NCBI RefSeq assembly: GCF_009914755.1 | Contig: NC_060934.1 | Reading direction: 5' to 3' (one strand) | DNA: 64,000 nucleotides | DNA from: the human T2T-CHM13v2.0 reference genome, Homo sapiens | Translations under genes and position numbers: made by a program | Part shown: piece by piece, positions 13,385 through 36,425 of the stretch | Layout: every line of letters begins with the position of its first letter | Numbering within the stretch: position 1 is the first letter of the stretch | Notes under the pieces: model-generated | The model's database searches: none | What the model was told of the DNA's origin: nothing | Seen by the model: the letters and a program-made list of their open reading frames with translations, nothing else

Positions 13385-13860
13385 ATTCTCTCTACTGCTG
13401 TAAAACCAACCTCCTTGGTAACTTTAAACAGCCATTTAATTTTGTTCATGCTCTTGCAGGTCAGGAATTTAGGAAAGGCTTCACTGGGCAGTTCATCTGT
13501 GGCCATGTAGCATCAGCTGAAGGGGGCTGGGCCTTCTTCTGTCATGTGTCTGGCACCTCTAGGCTCCTTGGCCTCTCTGTCCATATGGAGTCTCATTCTT
13601 TAAGGCTTCTCACAGAATGGTGTCCTCTGGGTGCTTGCATTTCTTACATGATGGCTGGCTTCCAAGAGCAAGTTTTCTAAGAGACAGAAAGTGGAAGCTG
13701 CCAATCTCTTCAGGCTTGGGCCTGGAAACTGGCACACTGTAACTTCCATCATATTCTACTGGTCCAAGCAGTCACAGAGCCCACCCAGACTCCGGGGGTG
13801 GGGGTGGGGATGCAGACCCCCCCATCTCTCAATGGAAGGAATGTCAAAGAATTTGTGGCC

Positions 13861-13897
<37 letters not shown>

Positions 13898-14210
13898 TTG
13901 GGACAGAGTCTCACTCTATTGCCCAAGCTGGAGGGCAGTGGCACGATCTCAGCCCACTGCAACCTCTGCCTCCCAGGTTCAAGCGATTCTCCTGCCTCAG
14001 CCTCCTAGGGAGCTTGGTTTACAGGCTCCAGGTAGCCACCAAGCCTGGCTAATTTTTGTATTTTTACTAGAGAAAGGGTTTTGCCATGTTGGCCAGGCTA
14101 GTCTGGAACTCCTGACCTCAGGTGATCCACCCGGCTCGGCCTCCCAAAGTGCTGGGATTACAGTCATGAGCTACCATGTCCAGCTGTGGCCAATTATTAA
14201 TCCACCACAT
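13385..14210 (-). mobile_element. MLT1-type MaLR LTR interrupted by an Alu
   Basis: ggtcaggaattt, tattctactggtc.aagcagtcaca, terminal taatccaccaca. Confidence 0.65.
13861..14185 (-). mobile_element. Antisense AluS with a (TTA)n tail
   Basis: Reverse-complement Alu; tail (tat)12; TSD-like tgtggcc(t/a)attatta on both sides. Confidence 0.92.
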
Positions 14211-14974
14211 GGCAAAACAACCAATCCCTTGAACAACCTGGAAATGAGGGGGGCCAGCCTACAAGTGATTCAATTACTCACCATATGATCACCCCTTAAA
14301 TCTAATATTTCACCACTACACCTTGGGTGAACATGAATGTCAGAGGGCCATTACTGTGGCCCCACAGATCCAGAGCATCTGTGTGAAGGGACAGCTTCAT
14401 TAAGGCACTGTGTCAGTCCTTGGAACCTGCCCTGCTGAGCTCTTCTGCCGTCAGTCCAGGCTTTCTCATCCTGCTGTGCTCCCAGAACTTCATCAGCCAT
14501 TGGATAAATTCTTCAAACACCTTCGGGACCAGGGGAGACAGAACTATTCTCTTTTTGAAACTTGGCATGTTGCAATTCCGCATGTACTGACTTATTCATA
14601 CCAGTGAAACTGAAGAGATCCAGCTCCTCAGAGTCAAGGTGCCCAAGAGATTAGCTGGTTCCTTAAGGTAGATAAGAGATGATGAATGTTGAGTGCCTCC
14701 AGAATTACCCCCATAGCCAATGATAACAGTTATTGTCACCATTAATACTCAGCTTGCCTTCTGTGGCCTCAAGCCTCCCCTCCTGGCTGGCTTTACATCC
14801 CCAGGGGAGGATGCAGAGGTATCCCGTTAATATTCCTTTTTGGACCCCAGTTCCAAGCTCAAGGATGAAGATGTCTCAGCCTGGAAGTGCTGTCGGGTGG
14901 ACAGCTCAGAATGTGGCCTGAGTGTCATCTGAGAACTAACTGCGTCCAGGTCTGCAATTAGATCAGTACAGAGG

Positions 14975-15540
<566 letters not shown>

Positions 15541-16854
15541 ATACAAAGACTCAGAGGAGGGGTTTTAGAAACTTTTATAGCAACTTAACAGAACAATTTT
15601 GTGACTTTTGCACCTAATAAGAAAAAAAAAGACTTGGATTTTGAATATCTTTGGGTTTTTAAAATTTCATTTTTCTAGTAATTAATTTTTATTATATTTT
15701 ACAAAAATATAATAATCTGTGTTGAAAAGTAAGTTTTAAAACACAATGCTTTACCACGAGAGCTAGAGAAACTATTCCAGGACCTGTTTTCAGGAGATCT
15801 GGGCTCCCCCTATTCACAGCTCTATGGGCTGCGTTCACAGGCTTGGCCTTAAGCAATAGTTTAAAGAGTGGTCATGATATGACCTCATCTGCTCTAAAGG
15901 CTCTGAGAAGCAGCCCCGCCCTTAGCTACCTGCTACCTGCTCCAACTCCTGCAGTGAGAGACGGCAGCAGGACAGGCTGAGAGATAAGATGCTCTCAGAG
16001 CTAGGCTTAGAGGGAGGAGCAGAACCCTCAGGCCAGTGATGACTATAGGCATAATGATAATGATCATTGTTCCCATCCATTGGCATTTACTGCGTGCCAG
16101 GCGCCGTGTGGAGGGCTTTCCTGCATTCTCTCCCCAAATGCACACCATGACCCGGAGAAGTAGGCATTATCATCTCCATTTTACATGTGAGGGGGTCAGG
16201 GCAACTCTTGGTCACACAGCTTCAGTGACAGAGCCCAAGTCCAAGCACATGTGTCTCTTCTAAAGCCATCTAGGACACTGCACTCTTTTAGAATGGAGCT
16301 CATTCTCAATCCTCTGTGTAGGCACGACAGGGAACCGGGTTGTGTCATCGTCACACATTTCTCCATGAAACAATGAAATGGACTTAGAAACATAAGAGCT
16401 GTGAGAACTGCTGCTCTCACAGGCAACACTAAAACCCAGAGTGAACTCCCGTTTTTGCTCAGTATAAGAATTTCAGAGAAGAGGAGTAAACTATTCTGCA
16501 GTGATTTAAAGATACCCACCAAGGGCCACGAAATGCCTTTCTCCTGGAGCAAAAAGGCAGCTCTGCACCAGGGGCCCTTAGGTCCCTGAAGAGTCTTGAG
16601 GGGCTGAGTGGAAGGTTAGGACCTCAAGTGGAAATGCACACGCAGGCCAGAGTTAGGCATGTACTGTGCCTGCCAAGCCCAGTGAGAACCAAGCCTGGCT
16701 CTTGCATCTGAACATGATTCTCTAAGCACTGAAAGGCAGGGGCCCCAAGGCTTGCTGAGTGAGTGGGCAAGAGGATGAGGAACTGGATTTGGCTTTTGTA
16801 AAGTGAGTGGCTAAGAGCACAGGAGTTGAGTTTTATGTTGAAAATTCACTAATT

Positions 16855-24621
<7,767 letters not shown>

Positions 24622-24815
24622 GAAAATTCACTAATTAGGTGTGTGACCTTGGGTAAAGTTCAAGAGCAAAGCTACACAACTTCCCTAAGCCTCAGTTTCT
24701 TCATCATTAATTGGGGAAGTGCTCTGAGGCTCAAATGAGGTCATGCACATAAAGCACTCGGCATGGGCGGGGCATCTGAGGGAAGCCTGAACACTTGGCA
24801 TTGGGCATTGTTATT
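24622..24815. mobile_element. Second half of a MIR split by the L1 (first half ~16803-16854)
   Basis: gtggctaagagcac before the L1; gtgtgaccttgggtaa...cctcagtttcttcatc...aaatgaggtcatgcacataaagcact after it. Confidence 0.65.
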
Positions 24816-24856
24816 GTTCTTCCTCAGGCTCCTCTCATGTTGTTCTTTCTTTACAG

Positions 24857-24938
24857 CAAAGTTGGCCCGAGATGACCAAATTCACATTCTCAAGCAACAC
24901 CGACGTAAAGAACTGGAAACACGGCAAAAACAATATCG
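24857..24938 (+). CDS. ALOX5: ALOX5 exon 3
   Basis: Acceptor ttctttctttacag|CA; (A)[26 protein letters not shown](R); donor CG|gtgagt; 82 nt, phase 1 to 2. Confidence 0.98.
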
Positions 24939-25279
24939 GTGAGTTATGACATCAGATCGAGTGGCCACGGGGCCATGGTTTCTTCTATCTCAAGAGCATG
25001 GTATGAAATAAACCCTTTCCACAGTGTATGGCCTGTCACTGCTGGAAAGTCACCAAGGCACCAGCTCCCAGTGTGGGTGCACAATCCCCAAACTTCACCT
25101 TACCTACAACTCCAGACAAGAGATGGAGAGGAGAGTAATGAAAATAACTTTGGATCAACCATATTGGCATGTAGGAAGAATGGGCAGAAAAGCTTGAGTG
25201 TACCTTAATGTTCTCCATTGTAGGGGTTGCCTCTTACTTCTTATGTCTTCTTACAACAATTCAATTATAAAAGTGATAC

Positions 25280-28200
25280 ATGATCAGCAATAAAATTGAC
25301 AACTCTTCAGCCAACTGACCAGAGGATTCAAACCATTAAAATGAGCAATAAGAGAAAAATCAATACAGAAATTAAAATGAATAAAAAAGGAAAAATGAGA
25401 CTCATAAAATGAGGGAAAATCAATACAGAAATTAAAATTAATAAAAAAGAATACTATGAACAATTGCATGCCAACAAACTAGTTAAATGAAATGCGCAAA
25501 TTCCTAGAAAGACGCAAACTGCCAAAACTGACTCATGAAGAAATAGTTAATCTGAATAAAACAATCACAACCAAAGAGATTGAATTACTAATTCTAAAAT
25601 TTCCCACAAATAGAAGCCCAGACCCAGATAGCTTCACTGGCTAATTCTATCAAACATTTAAAGAATTAATACTGATCTTGCATAAACTCTTTTAAGAAAT
25701 AGAAGGAACACTTCCCAATTCATTGTCTCATACCCATATTATACCAAAACTAAAGGCATCACAAGAAAACTATAAACCAATATCCCTTAGCAATATAGAT
25801 ATAAACATTTTCAACGAAATACTAGCAAACCTAACCCAGAAGTATATAAAAGGCATTAAACAATATGAACATGTGGGATTTAGCCCAGGAATGCAAAGTT
25901 GGTTTAACATCCAAAAATCAATTAATTGAATTCACCATATCAATAGAGTAAATAACAAAACAAAACAAAGTACATAATCATTTCAATAGACATACAAAAA
26001 AGGCATTTGACAAAATCCAACACCCATTCATGATAAAACACTCAAAAAATAGGAATTGAAGAAAATGTCCTCAACCTGATAAAGGTTTGAAAATTCACAA
26101 TTAGGCTGGGCATGGTGGTTCACACCTGTAATCCCAGCACTTTGGGAGGCCAAGGCGGGTGGATCACGATGTCAAGAGATTGAGACCATCCTGGCCAACA
26201 TGGTGAAACCCCGTCTATACTAAAATACAAAAAGTAGCTGTGTGTGGTGGCATGCGCCTGTAGTCCCAGCTACTCAGGAGGCTGAGGCAGGAGAATCACT
26301 TGAACCCAGAAGGCGGAGGTTGCAGTGAGCTGAGATCATGCCACTGCACTCCAGCATGGTGACAAGCAAGACTCCGTCCCCCCACATACACAAAAAAAGA
26401 AAATTCACAGTTAACATTATACTTAATGATGAAAGGCTGAATCCAGAAACAGGATAAAGATGTTCACTTTTGCTACTTCTATTCAACATTGTACTGGAGG
26501 GTCTAGCCAGCTCAGTTAGGGAATAAAAAGATAAGTAAAGGCACCCACAATGGAGTACAGTAAGTAAAACTACCACAATTTACAAATAACATGATCTTAT
26601 ATATAGAAAATCTGAAGGCATTCACCAAAAGAAATTATTAGAACTAATAAACCACCAAGATTGCAAGATACAAGATAATCAATTGTTTTTCTATACATTA
26701 ACAACCAACTATGTGAAATAAAAGTAAGAAAAAGTTCAATTTACAATAGCATCAAAAACAGTAAACATTTATGAATAAATTTAACAAAGTAGTCTGAGAC
26801 TTGTACAATGAAACTACAAAACATTGTTTAACATTATTAAAGAAGATCTAAATAGGTTGAAAGACATTTCATGTTCATGAATCAGAGGACTTAATTTTGT
26901 TAAAATGGCAATACCCCACAAATTAATGTACACGTTCAACACAACCCTTATCAAAATTCTAGCTGATTTCTTTGCAGAAATTGACAAGCTGTCAATTCTG
27001 CAAATTCATATGGAAATGGAAGGGACCCAGAATAGCCAAAACAATCTTGATAAAAAGAAAACAAAGATGGAGGACTTGCACTTCTCAATATCAAAATTAC
27101 TACACAGCTATAGTATTCAAGACAATGTGATATCGGCATAAGGATAGATATATAGATCAATGAAATAGACTTGAAAGTCCAGAAATAAGCCCTTACACTT
27201 ATGGCCAATTAATTTTTGACAGAAGCAGCAAGACAGTTTAACAGAGAAAGAATAGTCTTTTCAACAAATGGTCCTAGCAAAACTGGATAGCCACATGCAA
27301 AAGAATGAAGTTGGATCCTTAGCTCACACCATATACATAAATTAACACAAAATGAGTCAAATACCTACCTAAATGTAAGAGCTAAAACTATAAAACTCTT
27401 TTAAGAAAACACAGGAGTAAACCTTCATGACTTTGGATTTGACAAAGGACTCTTGATATGACACCAAAAGCATCAGCAACAAAAGAAAAATAGATAAAGT
27501 GATAAAGTGATGTCATCAAATTTACAAACCTTTATGTTTCAAAGGACACCATCAAGAAAGTGAAAAGATGAACCACAGAATGGAAGAAATATTTACAAAT
27601 TGTATATCTGATAAGGGCCTTCCATCCATAATTTATAAAGAACTCTTACAACTCAATAAAGACAAATAGTCCAATTAAAAAATGAAAAAAATGAGTGAGG
27701 ATCTGAATAGATATTTCTCCAAGGACCCATTAGTCATCTAGGAAATGCAAATCAACACCACAATGAGATACCACTTGATACTAGGATGGCTAGAATAAAA
27801 AAATCCGACAAGAACAAGTGTTGACAAGGATGTGGAGAAATCAGAACCCTCATACACTGCTGGTGGGAATGTAAAATGGCACAGCTGCTTGGGAAACAGT
27901 CTGCTAGCTCCTGACTGTTCAACAGAGAGTTACAATATGACAGCATTTCCACTCTTAAGCATATTCCCAACAGAAATGGAAACATATGCCCACACAAAAA
28001 CTTGTACATGCATGATTATAGCAGCATGACCTGTAACTATCAAAAAGTGTACACAACCCAAACGTCCATTAATGGATGAATGGATAAAATATAGTATATC
28101 TATATAATTTGACCATGAAAGAAGAATGAAATACTGACACTTGTTACAACATGGATGAATCTCAAAAACATTATGCTAAGTGAAAGAAACCAGTCACAAA

Positions 28201-28480
28201 AGATCATATATTGTATGATTCCTTTTATATGAAATTTCTGGAAAAGAAAAATCTGTACAGATATAAAGTAGATTACTGGTTGCCTAGGGGCAGGGAATGA
28301 GGAAGTGGTCATGGGAGTGACAGCTAAAGGATACAGTGTTCCTTTTGCCGGGGATGAAAATGTTCTAAAACTGATGGTTGTCCATTGTGTAAAAATTAAT
28401 ACTAAACATCCTTGAATTGAACACTTTAAATGGATAAATTTTACAGTATGTGCATTATATTTCAATAACGCTGCTAGATA
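25280..28480 (+). mobile_element. Old L1M (L1MB-like) ORF2 and 3' UTR with an inserted Alu
   Basis: RT-like residues ENYKPISLSNIDINIFNEILAN...[14 protein letters not shown]; L1MB-type 3' UTR ending caataa. Confidence 0.8.
26103..26400 (+). mobile_element. AluS (Sc-like)
   Basis: Dimeric Alu; TSD-like gaaaattcaca(a/g)tta on both sides. Confidence 0.9.
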
Positions 28481-28489
28481 AATTTAAAA

Positions 28490-29975
28490 ATTAATTCAAA
28501 ATGGATGATAGATCTAAAAGTAAGGGCTAACAACATAACACTCTTGGAAGAAAACATACAAGTAAGTCTTCATAATCTTGGGTTCGGCAAAGTCTCTTAG
28601 ATATGGCACCAAGAGCACAGGCAGCAAAAGAAAGTAGACAAGTTAGATGTCATTAAAATGTAAAAGATCTATGCTTCAAAGGACATCATCAATAAAGTGA
28701 AAAGACAATCCACAGAATGGAGAAAATATCTAAATCATATGTCTGATAAGGGACTTGTATCCAGAATATATAAAGAACTCTGACAACTCAATTTTAAAAT
28801 ATTCTGTACAAAAAACCCCGTTTAAAAATTAGCAAAGGATTTAATTAAATAGTTCTCCAGAGAAAATTTGTGAATCTCCAATAAGCACGTGAAAATATGC
28901 TCAACATTATTAATCATCAGGAAATTTCAAATCAAAACCACAAGATACAATTCTAACCACTAAAATGGTTAGAATAAAAAAGACAGATAGTAACAAGTGC
29001 TGCCAAGGATGTGGAGAAACTGGAACCCTGATGCTGCTACCGGAATGTAAGATGATGCAGCCACTTCAGAAAACAGTTTAGTGGTTCCTCAAAATCTGAA
29101 ACCCAGCTACAATATGACCCAGCAATTCTACTCCTAGGCCTCTACCCAAGAATATTGAAACCACATGTCTATACAAAACTTGTACACACATATTTATAGC
29201 ACCATTGTTCACAATAGTCAAAAAGTAGAAACAACCTAAATTCCATTAACTGAGGAATGAATAAACAAAATATAGTTTATCCATACAATGGGATATTTTT
29301 TGGCATCAAAAAGGAATGAATGCCAAGCGCGGAGGCTCACACCTGTAATCCTAGCACTTTGGGAGGTTGAGACGGGCAGATCACTTGAGGTCAGGAGTTT
29401 GAGACCAACCTGGCCAACATGGTGAAACCCCATGTCTACAAAAATACAAAAATTAGCCGGGCATGTTGGTGCACGCCTGTAATCCCAGCTGCTTGGGAGG
29501 CTAAGGCAGGAGAATCACTTGAACCCGGGAGGCGGAGGTTGCAGTGAGCCTAGATCCCGCCACTGCACTCCAGCCTGGGTGACAGAGCAAGACTCCATTT
29601 CAAAAAAAGAAAAGAAAAGAAAAGAAATGAACTACAGATAGATGCCAAACACTGAATGAACTTCAAAAATATGCTAAATGGAAAACTCACTTACGGAAGA
29701 CCCCATATTGTGTGATTCTATCTGTATGAAATGTCCAGAATAGGCAAACCCACAGAGTCAGATTAGTAGGTGAGTAGTTGCCTAGCACTAGGAGTTGGGG
29801 AGGGGGAACAAGGAGTGAATGTTAATGGGTTCGAGGTGTCCTCTGGGGATGAGATTATTTCAGAATTGGGTTATAATGATGGTTACACATACAACTCTGC
29901 AAATATATTAAAATCTTTTGATAGCATATTTTTAAGGGGTGAATTTAATGGTATGTAAATGTATCTCAGTAAAGC
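28490..29975 (+). mobile_element. Second old L1M 3' fragment, directly behind the first
   Basis: Repeats the ORF2-end and 3' UTR motifs (aattcaaaatggat...atctgataagggacttgtatccagaatatataaagaactc). Confidence 0.75.
29321..29626 (+). mobile_element. AluS (Sx/Sz-like)
   Basis: Dimeric Alu with a (gaaaa)n tail. Confidence 0.9.
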
Positions 29976-30844
29976 TTTTTGGAAGATAATAACACATTAC
30001 AGAGTGCTCCTCTGGAAATGGGTGGCTGATGGGCTGTATCCAGCCTCTACAAGTGTTTGATGGATCATTATTGACTTATGAGTAAACAGAGATATTCTTC
30101 AGGCTTCCCCAGTCCACACTTGTCTGTTGTCTATATCAAGGTTTTCTTTCATTTCATTTCCTGCTTTGGCCCCTGGAAACATTTGAGTCTGTGCCTCCTT
30201 CCAAGGGAAGAAAGTGGAAGGAATCATTCTACATGGACAGTGAAGTTACCTGGGCTGTGGAGGGGCCTTTGGGAGCCAATATTGTGATACTTTTCTACAT
30301 ATCCCTCAATAGTTGAACTTCTTACAAGGAATATGTAGTATATCTGGGTTGTTTTTTTAACTCAAAAAAGTAAAAGAAGGAAAATAATATAGAGCCAGAA
30401 AAATACCTATTTTCTGTATGAATTATGAATTTTATGAACTTTTTCATAAAAATTCATGTTTAATTGTTTTCACTTTGTCTTATTCACTTTTTAAAATTTG
30501 GGATTGTGCTATATATACCACTTTGCATCCTCCTTGCTGCCCTTTAGCAGTGTAGCAAAAATCATTTTCCCATATTTTCAAAATCTCATCATAAACATTA
30601 TTCTAGTTTCTATGTACTATTCCATTGGATGGATGCCTCATCATTCACTTAAACACCCAGCTTCCCTGGACATTTAGGAGGTTTCTAATTTTTGTATTCT
30701 TATAAGCAATGTGAAAACCCTTGTATGTGAAATTTGTATACATTATTAAGTATTTTCCTAGGACAGATGCCCAGATATGAAATTACCAAATAGTAAAAGT
30801 TATTAGTATACATTGACAAATTTCTCCTCAAAAATCTTTAACCA

Positions 30845-31152
<308 letters not shown>

Positions 31153-31539
31153 TCATCAAACACTTGCCATAACTGAGCAATATCTTCATTTTTCTTAATT
31201 TTTCTAAGTTGCAACAGCATCCCTCAACCCTGTAGCTCCTTCTTCCCCTATGCCCAGCCACCCACTGCTGTCAAGGGGTGAGAAATCCCACACCAAGAAC
31301 ACAATTGCCCCACCTCAAAACTGTCTTAGCTTCATCCCCCTTTTCATCAAAAACATTCCTTGAAACAGAATAAAGAAACAACAAACAGCCACACGTATGT
31401 GGGTACTGGGTCTGCTACGGAGGGCTCGGCTGATGGGTGGCACTGGGCCACTGGACATGCATCTCGAGGACAGGGGCCAGCCAGCACGGAGGGCTGAAGG
31501 AGAAGGAGAAGAAATCAGACTCCACCTCTTGCCATTCAG

Positions 31540-32660
31540 GAGACTCAGCTTGGGGTTGATTAGACTTAAAAGTTAAAGGCAAAACTGTAAGACATTTAGA
31601 CTACAGGTGATTATTCTTCCAGGTCTCAAGCTAAAAGGATTTTTCAAACAAGACTCAGAACATATTAAACACAAAGGAAAAGATTGGTAAGTTTGCCTCC
31701 CTCAAGATAAGGACACTCTGTTCATTGAAAGACACCAGGAGAGAGTGAAGGCAAGTCATGGAGTGATTGACGAGAATTATTCCTAGTATGTGAAGGACCT
31801 ACAAATCTTTAAGAAGGGGAGTGTCATTCACTAGAAAATGGGCAAGAAGTTTGAGTACTTACTGTACAAAATATAAGCAGCAAGTATACAAAAGGTGTTC
31901 AACTTCATTAGGAATCGGGGAAATCAGAAGATCACAGTGAACTGCTGCTACTACCACACATATGCCCCCAGATGGGCAACACTTCAACAACTGACAACAC
32001 CTGAGTATTAAAGAAGATCCAGAGGGCTGGGAACACTCATATACCACCGGCAGGAGGACAAGTTGGTAAGACCTCCGTGGAAAACAATTTAGCAATATGT
32101 CATAAAACTGAAGCTACATTATAATCTATGACCCAGAAATCCTATAGTGGGATCCAAATTTGTGTGCATGTGCGCCTGGATACTCACAACAGCATTACTC
32201 ATGATGGCCAAAAAATGGCAACAACTCAATGTCCAACAAACAGTAGAACAGACAAATTGTCAAGGAAAATTCTACACTGCAAGGAAAATCAACAAACTGC
32301 TGCTAACATGGACAAACCTCACTGACGCAGTGTTGAAGGAAAGAAGCCAGGAGCGTGTCTGGCCAATTCATAACTTTGGAATGAAATTGTTTAGGGAGGT
32401 GTGTCATAGCGGAACCTTAAACAATAACAAGAAAATGATTATCATAAAGCCGAGGATGGTCATTACCGGGGATGGAAGGAGGGTTGATTGGGAAAGGTGG
32501 GGGTGAGGGTACGGACAATGTTCTGATTTTTTACCTGGATGGTGTTCGTACAGGTGTTTTGTACATTTTTCTGCATGTGTGAGTGTGTGTGTGCATATAT
32601 ACATATCCATACATATTTTATATATTCTATTTCCCAATTGAAAAATCAAAAATAAAACTT
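31540..32660 (+). mobile_element. Highly degenerate L1ME-like fragment
   Basis: Residual L1 3' motifs (gttcaacttcattagg, ggaaaacaatttagcaat, aacatggacaaacctcac). Confidence 0.5.
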
Positions 32661-34745
32661 ACATGCCATTAGCATCAAGTGTGGGAGAGTAACCTGCTGT
32701 GCTGTGGGTCATGTTAAGGGTTTATAAATGTGTGATTTGTTTTAGAGTATTTGTGCACAAGCCTCTCAGCTCAGGCACCATATGATGTGTTTCCAGACTT
32801 CCATACCTGGTGCAGTGCACACGTTGTGCTTGAGCTCTGCCTCCCATCCCAAAGGGCTGTTGTTTCTATGCTTCTTCCTTGGCTTCCCTCCCTGTTTCAG
32901 ACACCTATGGCAAAGCCCCTGCAGCCAGTTCTCAGAGCACTTCTGGCCTGTGAATCTGGGTTAAGATAAAATGCCCATAAAATTCATTTAATTTGTTATA
33001 AGCCACTAACACTTTAGTATGAATTAGTGGGGCTCTAATTAGACTTTGCTATCTACTCATCTAAGATAACACAAACTAGCCCAATTATCTGGGAGCTACT
33101 TAACATTATCATAATCTTGCAGCAGGGGGCTTCTGGTGAGATCGTTTCCCCCTTTCTTAGATTTAATCATTTTTTTCTTCCTCCTTCCACTCATCTGTCC
33201 TTTTCAGAAACCCTCCTTTGCTTCCGTTCAGGAAACACTGAACTTTGCACTGTCTGCACAATCTTGGAGTTCCTCTTTCTCAGAAGATTTCTCAGGCTTC
33301 CAGATCAGAGTTTGGAAGTAAAGCAATGACTAAGAATAGTCCACACTATGTCAGAAAGCTGGCGCTTCTTGCAGGCCCTCCTTACTCACTCAGCCACGCA
33401 GGGAGAAGGAGAAGCAGACCCAGGTCATAGCCCACAGCTTGTGCTCTCCCACTGTGACCACATCTGTCTGTGTTACATGCACACTCACACACAGCAGTAA
33501 ATGGCAAAGTGTAGGTGTTTGTTAATCGATATAATTTAATCTAATCATTATGTGACCTGCACTTTTCACTCATCACTAAGTATTGAAGAGGATCTGGTTG
33601 ACACAGATAGATGTGGTTCATGCAGTTAACTTCTTCATGGCATATCAGTATCTGAATAACCCATGCGCTCGTCCGCTCTCCTGCTGATGGGCAGGCGGGC
33701 TGTCTTTAATTTCTAGCTGTTGCAAACCAAGCGACAGTGAGCTTTCTCACACATCTCTCTGTGCTCTCATGGAAGAGTTACTGTAGGGAATATTCCAAGA
33801 AGTAGAGTTGCAGGGTTGCAGACCACGTGTTTTTAAGCTTTCTAGATATTGCTGATTGTTTTCCAAAGGCATTCTGCCAGTAGACACCCCAGTAACTGTT
33901 TCTGAGATTCACTGTTTCCCTGCATCATCAACACTTCGCATCTTCAGATGTTTTCATTCTTGCGTGTGAAATAGTATCTCATATATTTTCCCCTTCTTAA
34001 ACTGCTACTATTTCTTGCCTTCTGGGAATGCACCATAATTTACTTAGCCATTCCCCTATTCACTGACGTTCAGTTCATTTCCCATTTGTAGATGTGTTTG
34101 TTTGTTTTGGGTATTGCAGTACAAACAATGCTGCCAGAACCAACCTTGTACAAACATCTTGATGTACTGGTGCTTTAATTAATGGCAGATCCATTTCCAG
34201 AACTCAGATTGCTGGAACAAATCAGCATTTTTTCATCTTAAGAAATACCGACAAAAATCCTTTCACAAAATTGTATCGTAATTTGCGGTCCTACCAGCTG
34301 TGTATGAAAAGATACTTTTGCCCATCCATACATTTGTCAGTACCCGATGACCTTGTTTGACAGTCTAAAAATCCCTAAGACCTTGTGGTTGTTTTAGTCT
34401 GCACTCCCCTGACCACTAATAAGCATCACTGCATTGCCTATTTATAAGCTTTTTTTCCCTATTGTTCTTTCAATTATTAATCTAAAGGAGCTCTTTCTAT
34501 ATCAGGATAGTATCCGTTTGTTACATATGTATAGCATTTATTATTTGTCTTCTGTTGCTTTTGCCACAGGAGATTTTAGTTCTTTATTTTATTAACTATG
34601 TATTGTTTACATCTATAACTTTTGGGTTTCCTCCTTTGCTTAAGAAAACCCTTTCCATCCCAGTGTTACACAAATACTTCCCCCGTAATTTTGTCTAATA
34701 CTTTTATAATTTCCCCTTTGAGTTTAGAGCTTTCATTCATCTACC

Positions 34746-34905
34746 TTTTTTTTTTTTTTTGAGACAGAGTCTTGCTCTGTTTCCTAGGCTGGAGTGCAGT
34801 GGCATGATCATGGTTCACTGCTGCCTCAAACTAACCCAGGCTCAATCCATCTTCCCACGTCAGCCTCCCAAGTAGCTGGGGCTACAGGCGTGCGCCACCA
34901 TGCCC
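34746..34905 (-). mobile_element. Antisense Alu monomer (FRAM or AluJ right arm)
   Basis: Poly(T) followed by gagacagagtcttgctctg...gccaccatgccc. Confidence 0.85.
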
Positions 34906-34962
34906 CACTCCTGCCACGTGTTTTCATACATACCTGGGTGGAACTCTCCCGGTAGCATTCGT

Positions 34963-35021
34963 TCCTGACTTGGATGACAGGGATGATGTCTTTCCTCCTG
35001 ACTTGGATGACAGGGATGATG
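34963..35021. repeat. 26-bp direct repeat with 33-bp period
   Basis: tcctgacttggatgacagggatgatg x2, separated by tctttcc. Confidence 0.9.
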
Positions 35022-36425
35022 ATACCCACGGTACAAGCTGGCATAGGATGGCAGTCATGAGCTCTGGATTCGAGTGTCTGGGCTCAACTCACACTTACTG
35101 GCACTTTCTCCAGTCCTGTGAAAGTTGTTTAATCTGTCTGTGCCTCACTTCCCTCATCTGTAAAATGAGGGAAATAACAGTGCCTTCCTTTTAGGGGTTT
35201 GAGATAATAGGTTAAACCATGAAAACACAGAGAATAGTAGTAGGCACATAGAAAGCACTGGATAAGTGTTGGCGAGTTTTGTATTATGTATACATAGTCT
35301 CTGGGTCTGTTTCCGCACTTTATGTGTTAGCCTATTTTTCTACTCGAGACCCCAGCACCAGCTTTTGGTTATCATAACTTTCTAATAAATGTTAATGTCT
35401 GTTACATATCTCACTGTTCTTTCTTAAGTTTTTCATAATGAGAATTACTTTGAACTTCACATAACTGTGTTATGTGTTGGCATTTTACTGAGATTCAGTC
35501 TTTCCATCCAGGAACACAGCGTGTCTTTCCACCTCTCTAGATCCTGTGTCAACGTACTTCCATAGAATTTCTAGTTTTCTTCATGCAGGTCCTTCACCTT
35601 TCTAGCTACTCTGCATTTAGCATTTGCTGTTCTGAGTAGGATATTTTTCTGTTTGCAAAAATATTGCTGGGATAAACGTAAATTACTTGTTTCTTACATT
35701 TACTGTGTGTTGGTCCCTTACTGAATTCTTTCATTGGTTCTAATCACTTGTTTTTGTTTGTTTGTTGTTAGTGAGTCTGGTTAGTTAATGTGCTCATATT
35801 ATCTAAATGTTAATAATTTTGTCTCTTACTTTCCATTATCTACACCACTGATATTCTTTTCTTATTCCATGTCTGGAATTCCCAAAACAAGTAGTGGTAG
35901 TAGTGATGAACATCCCTCTCATATTTTTGTTTCTTTGTTTACTATTATATTTGCTGTAGTTTTATAATGCATATTCTTTGCTGTATTTAGGAGTTTATTG
36001 ATTCATTCTAATTTAATTTTTGTTCAGCTGAACTTGTTCAATTAATTTCCTCAGAAGGTCCATGTGTAGTGTAAGATCTGAGTCTGTGCTTGTCTTCCTG
36101 TCCCCCTACCCATCCCCTCAAACAAATTCCCCTGCCCTCATTGATGACAATATGAGAGGCTTAGATGACGATCTAAAAAAAGTGTGTATACACTTCAGTC
36201 TTCCCATTTTCAGAATGACAGAGGAGAAATCTAATGATAGTTTGTTTCTTTTCCTAGAGTTTCTATCTCCCTCCCTCCCCCACTTTCTTCCTCTCTCGTT
36301 CACTCTCTGCATCTCTTTCCTTCTCTCTGTCTCTGTTTCTCCTGTCTCTTGGACATTTTAAAATGTAATCAGTATATACCTAGGTGTATCTTTTTCCTTT
36401 TTTTTTTTTTCCCCCACCTAGGACT

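Noticed and set aside
34746-34905. Exonisation of the antisense Alu monomer
   Set aside because: Has a poly(T)/AG acceptor, but the usual donor position reads acagGCgtg, so there is no strong 5' splice site
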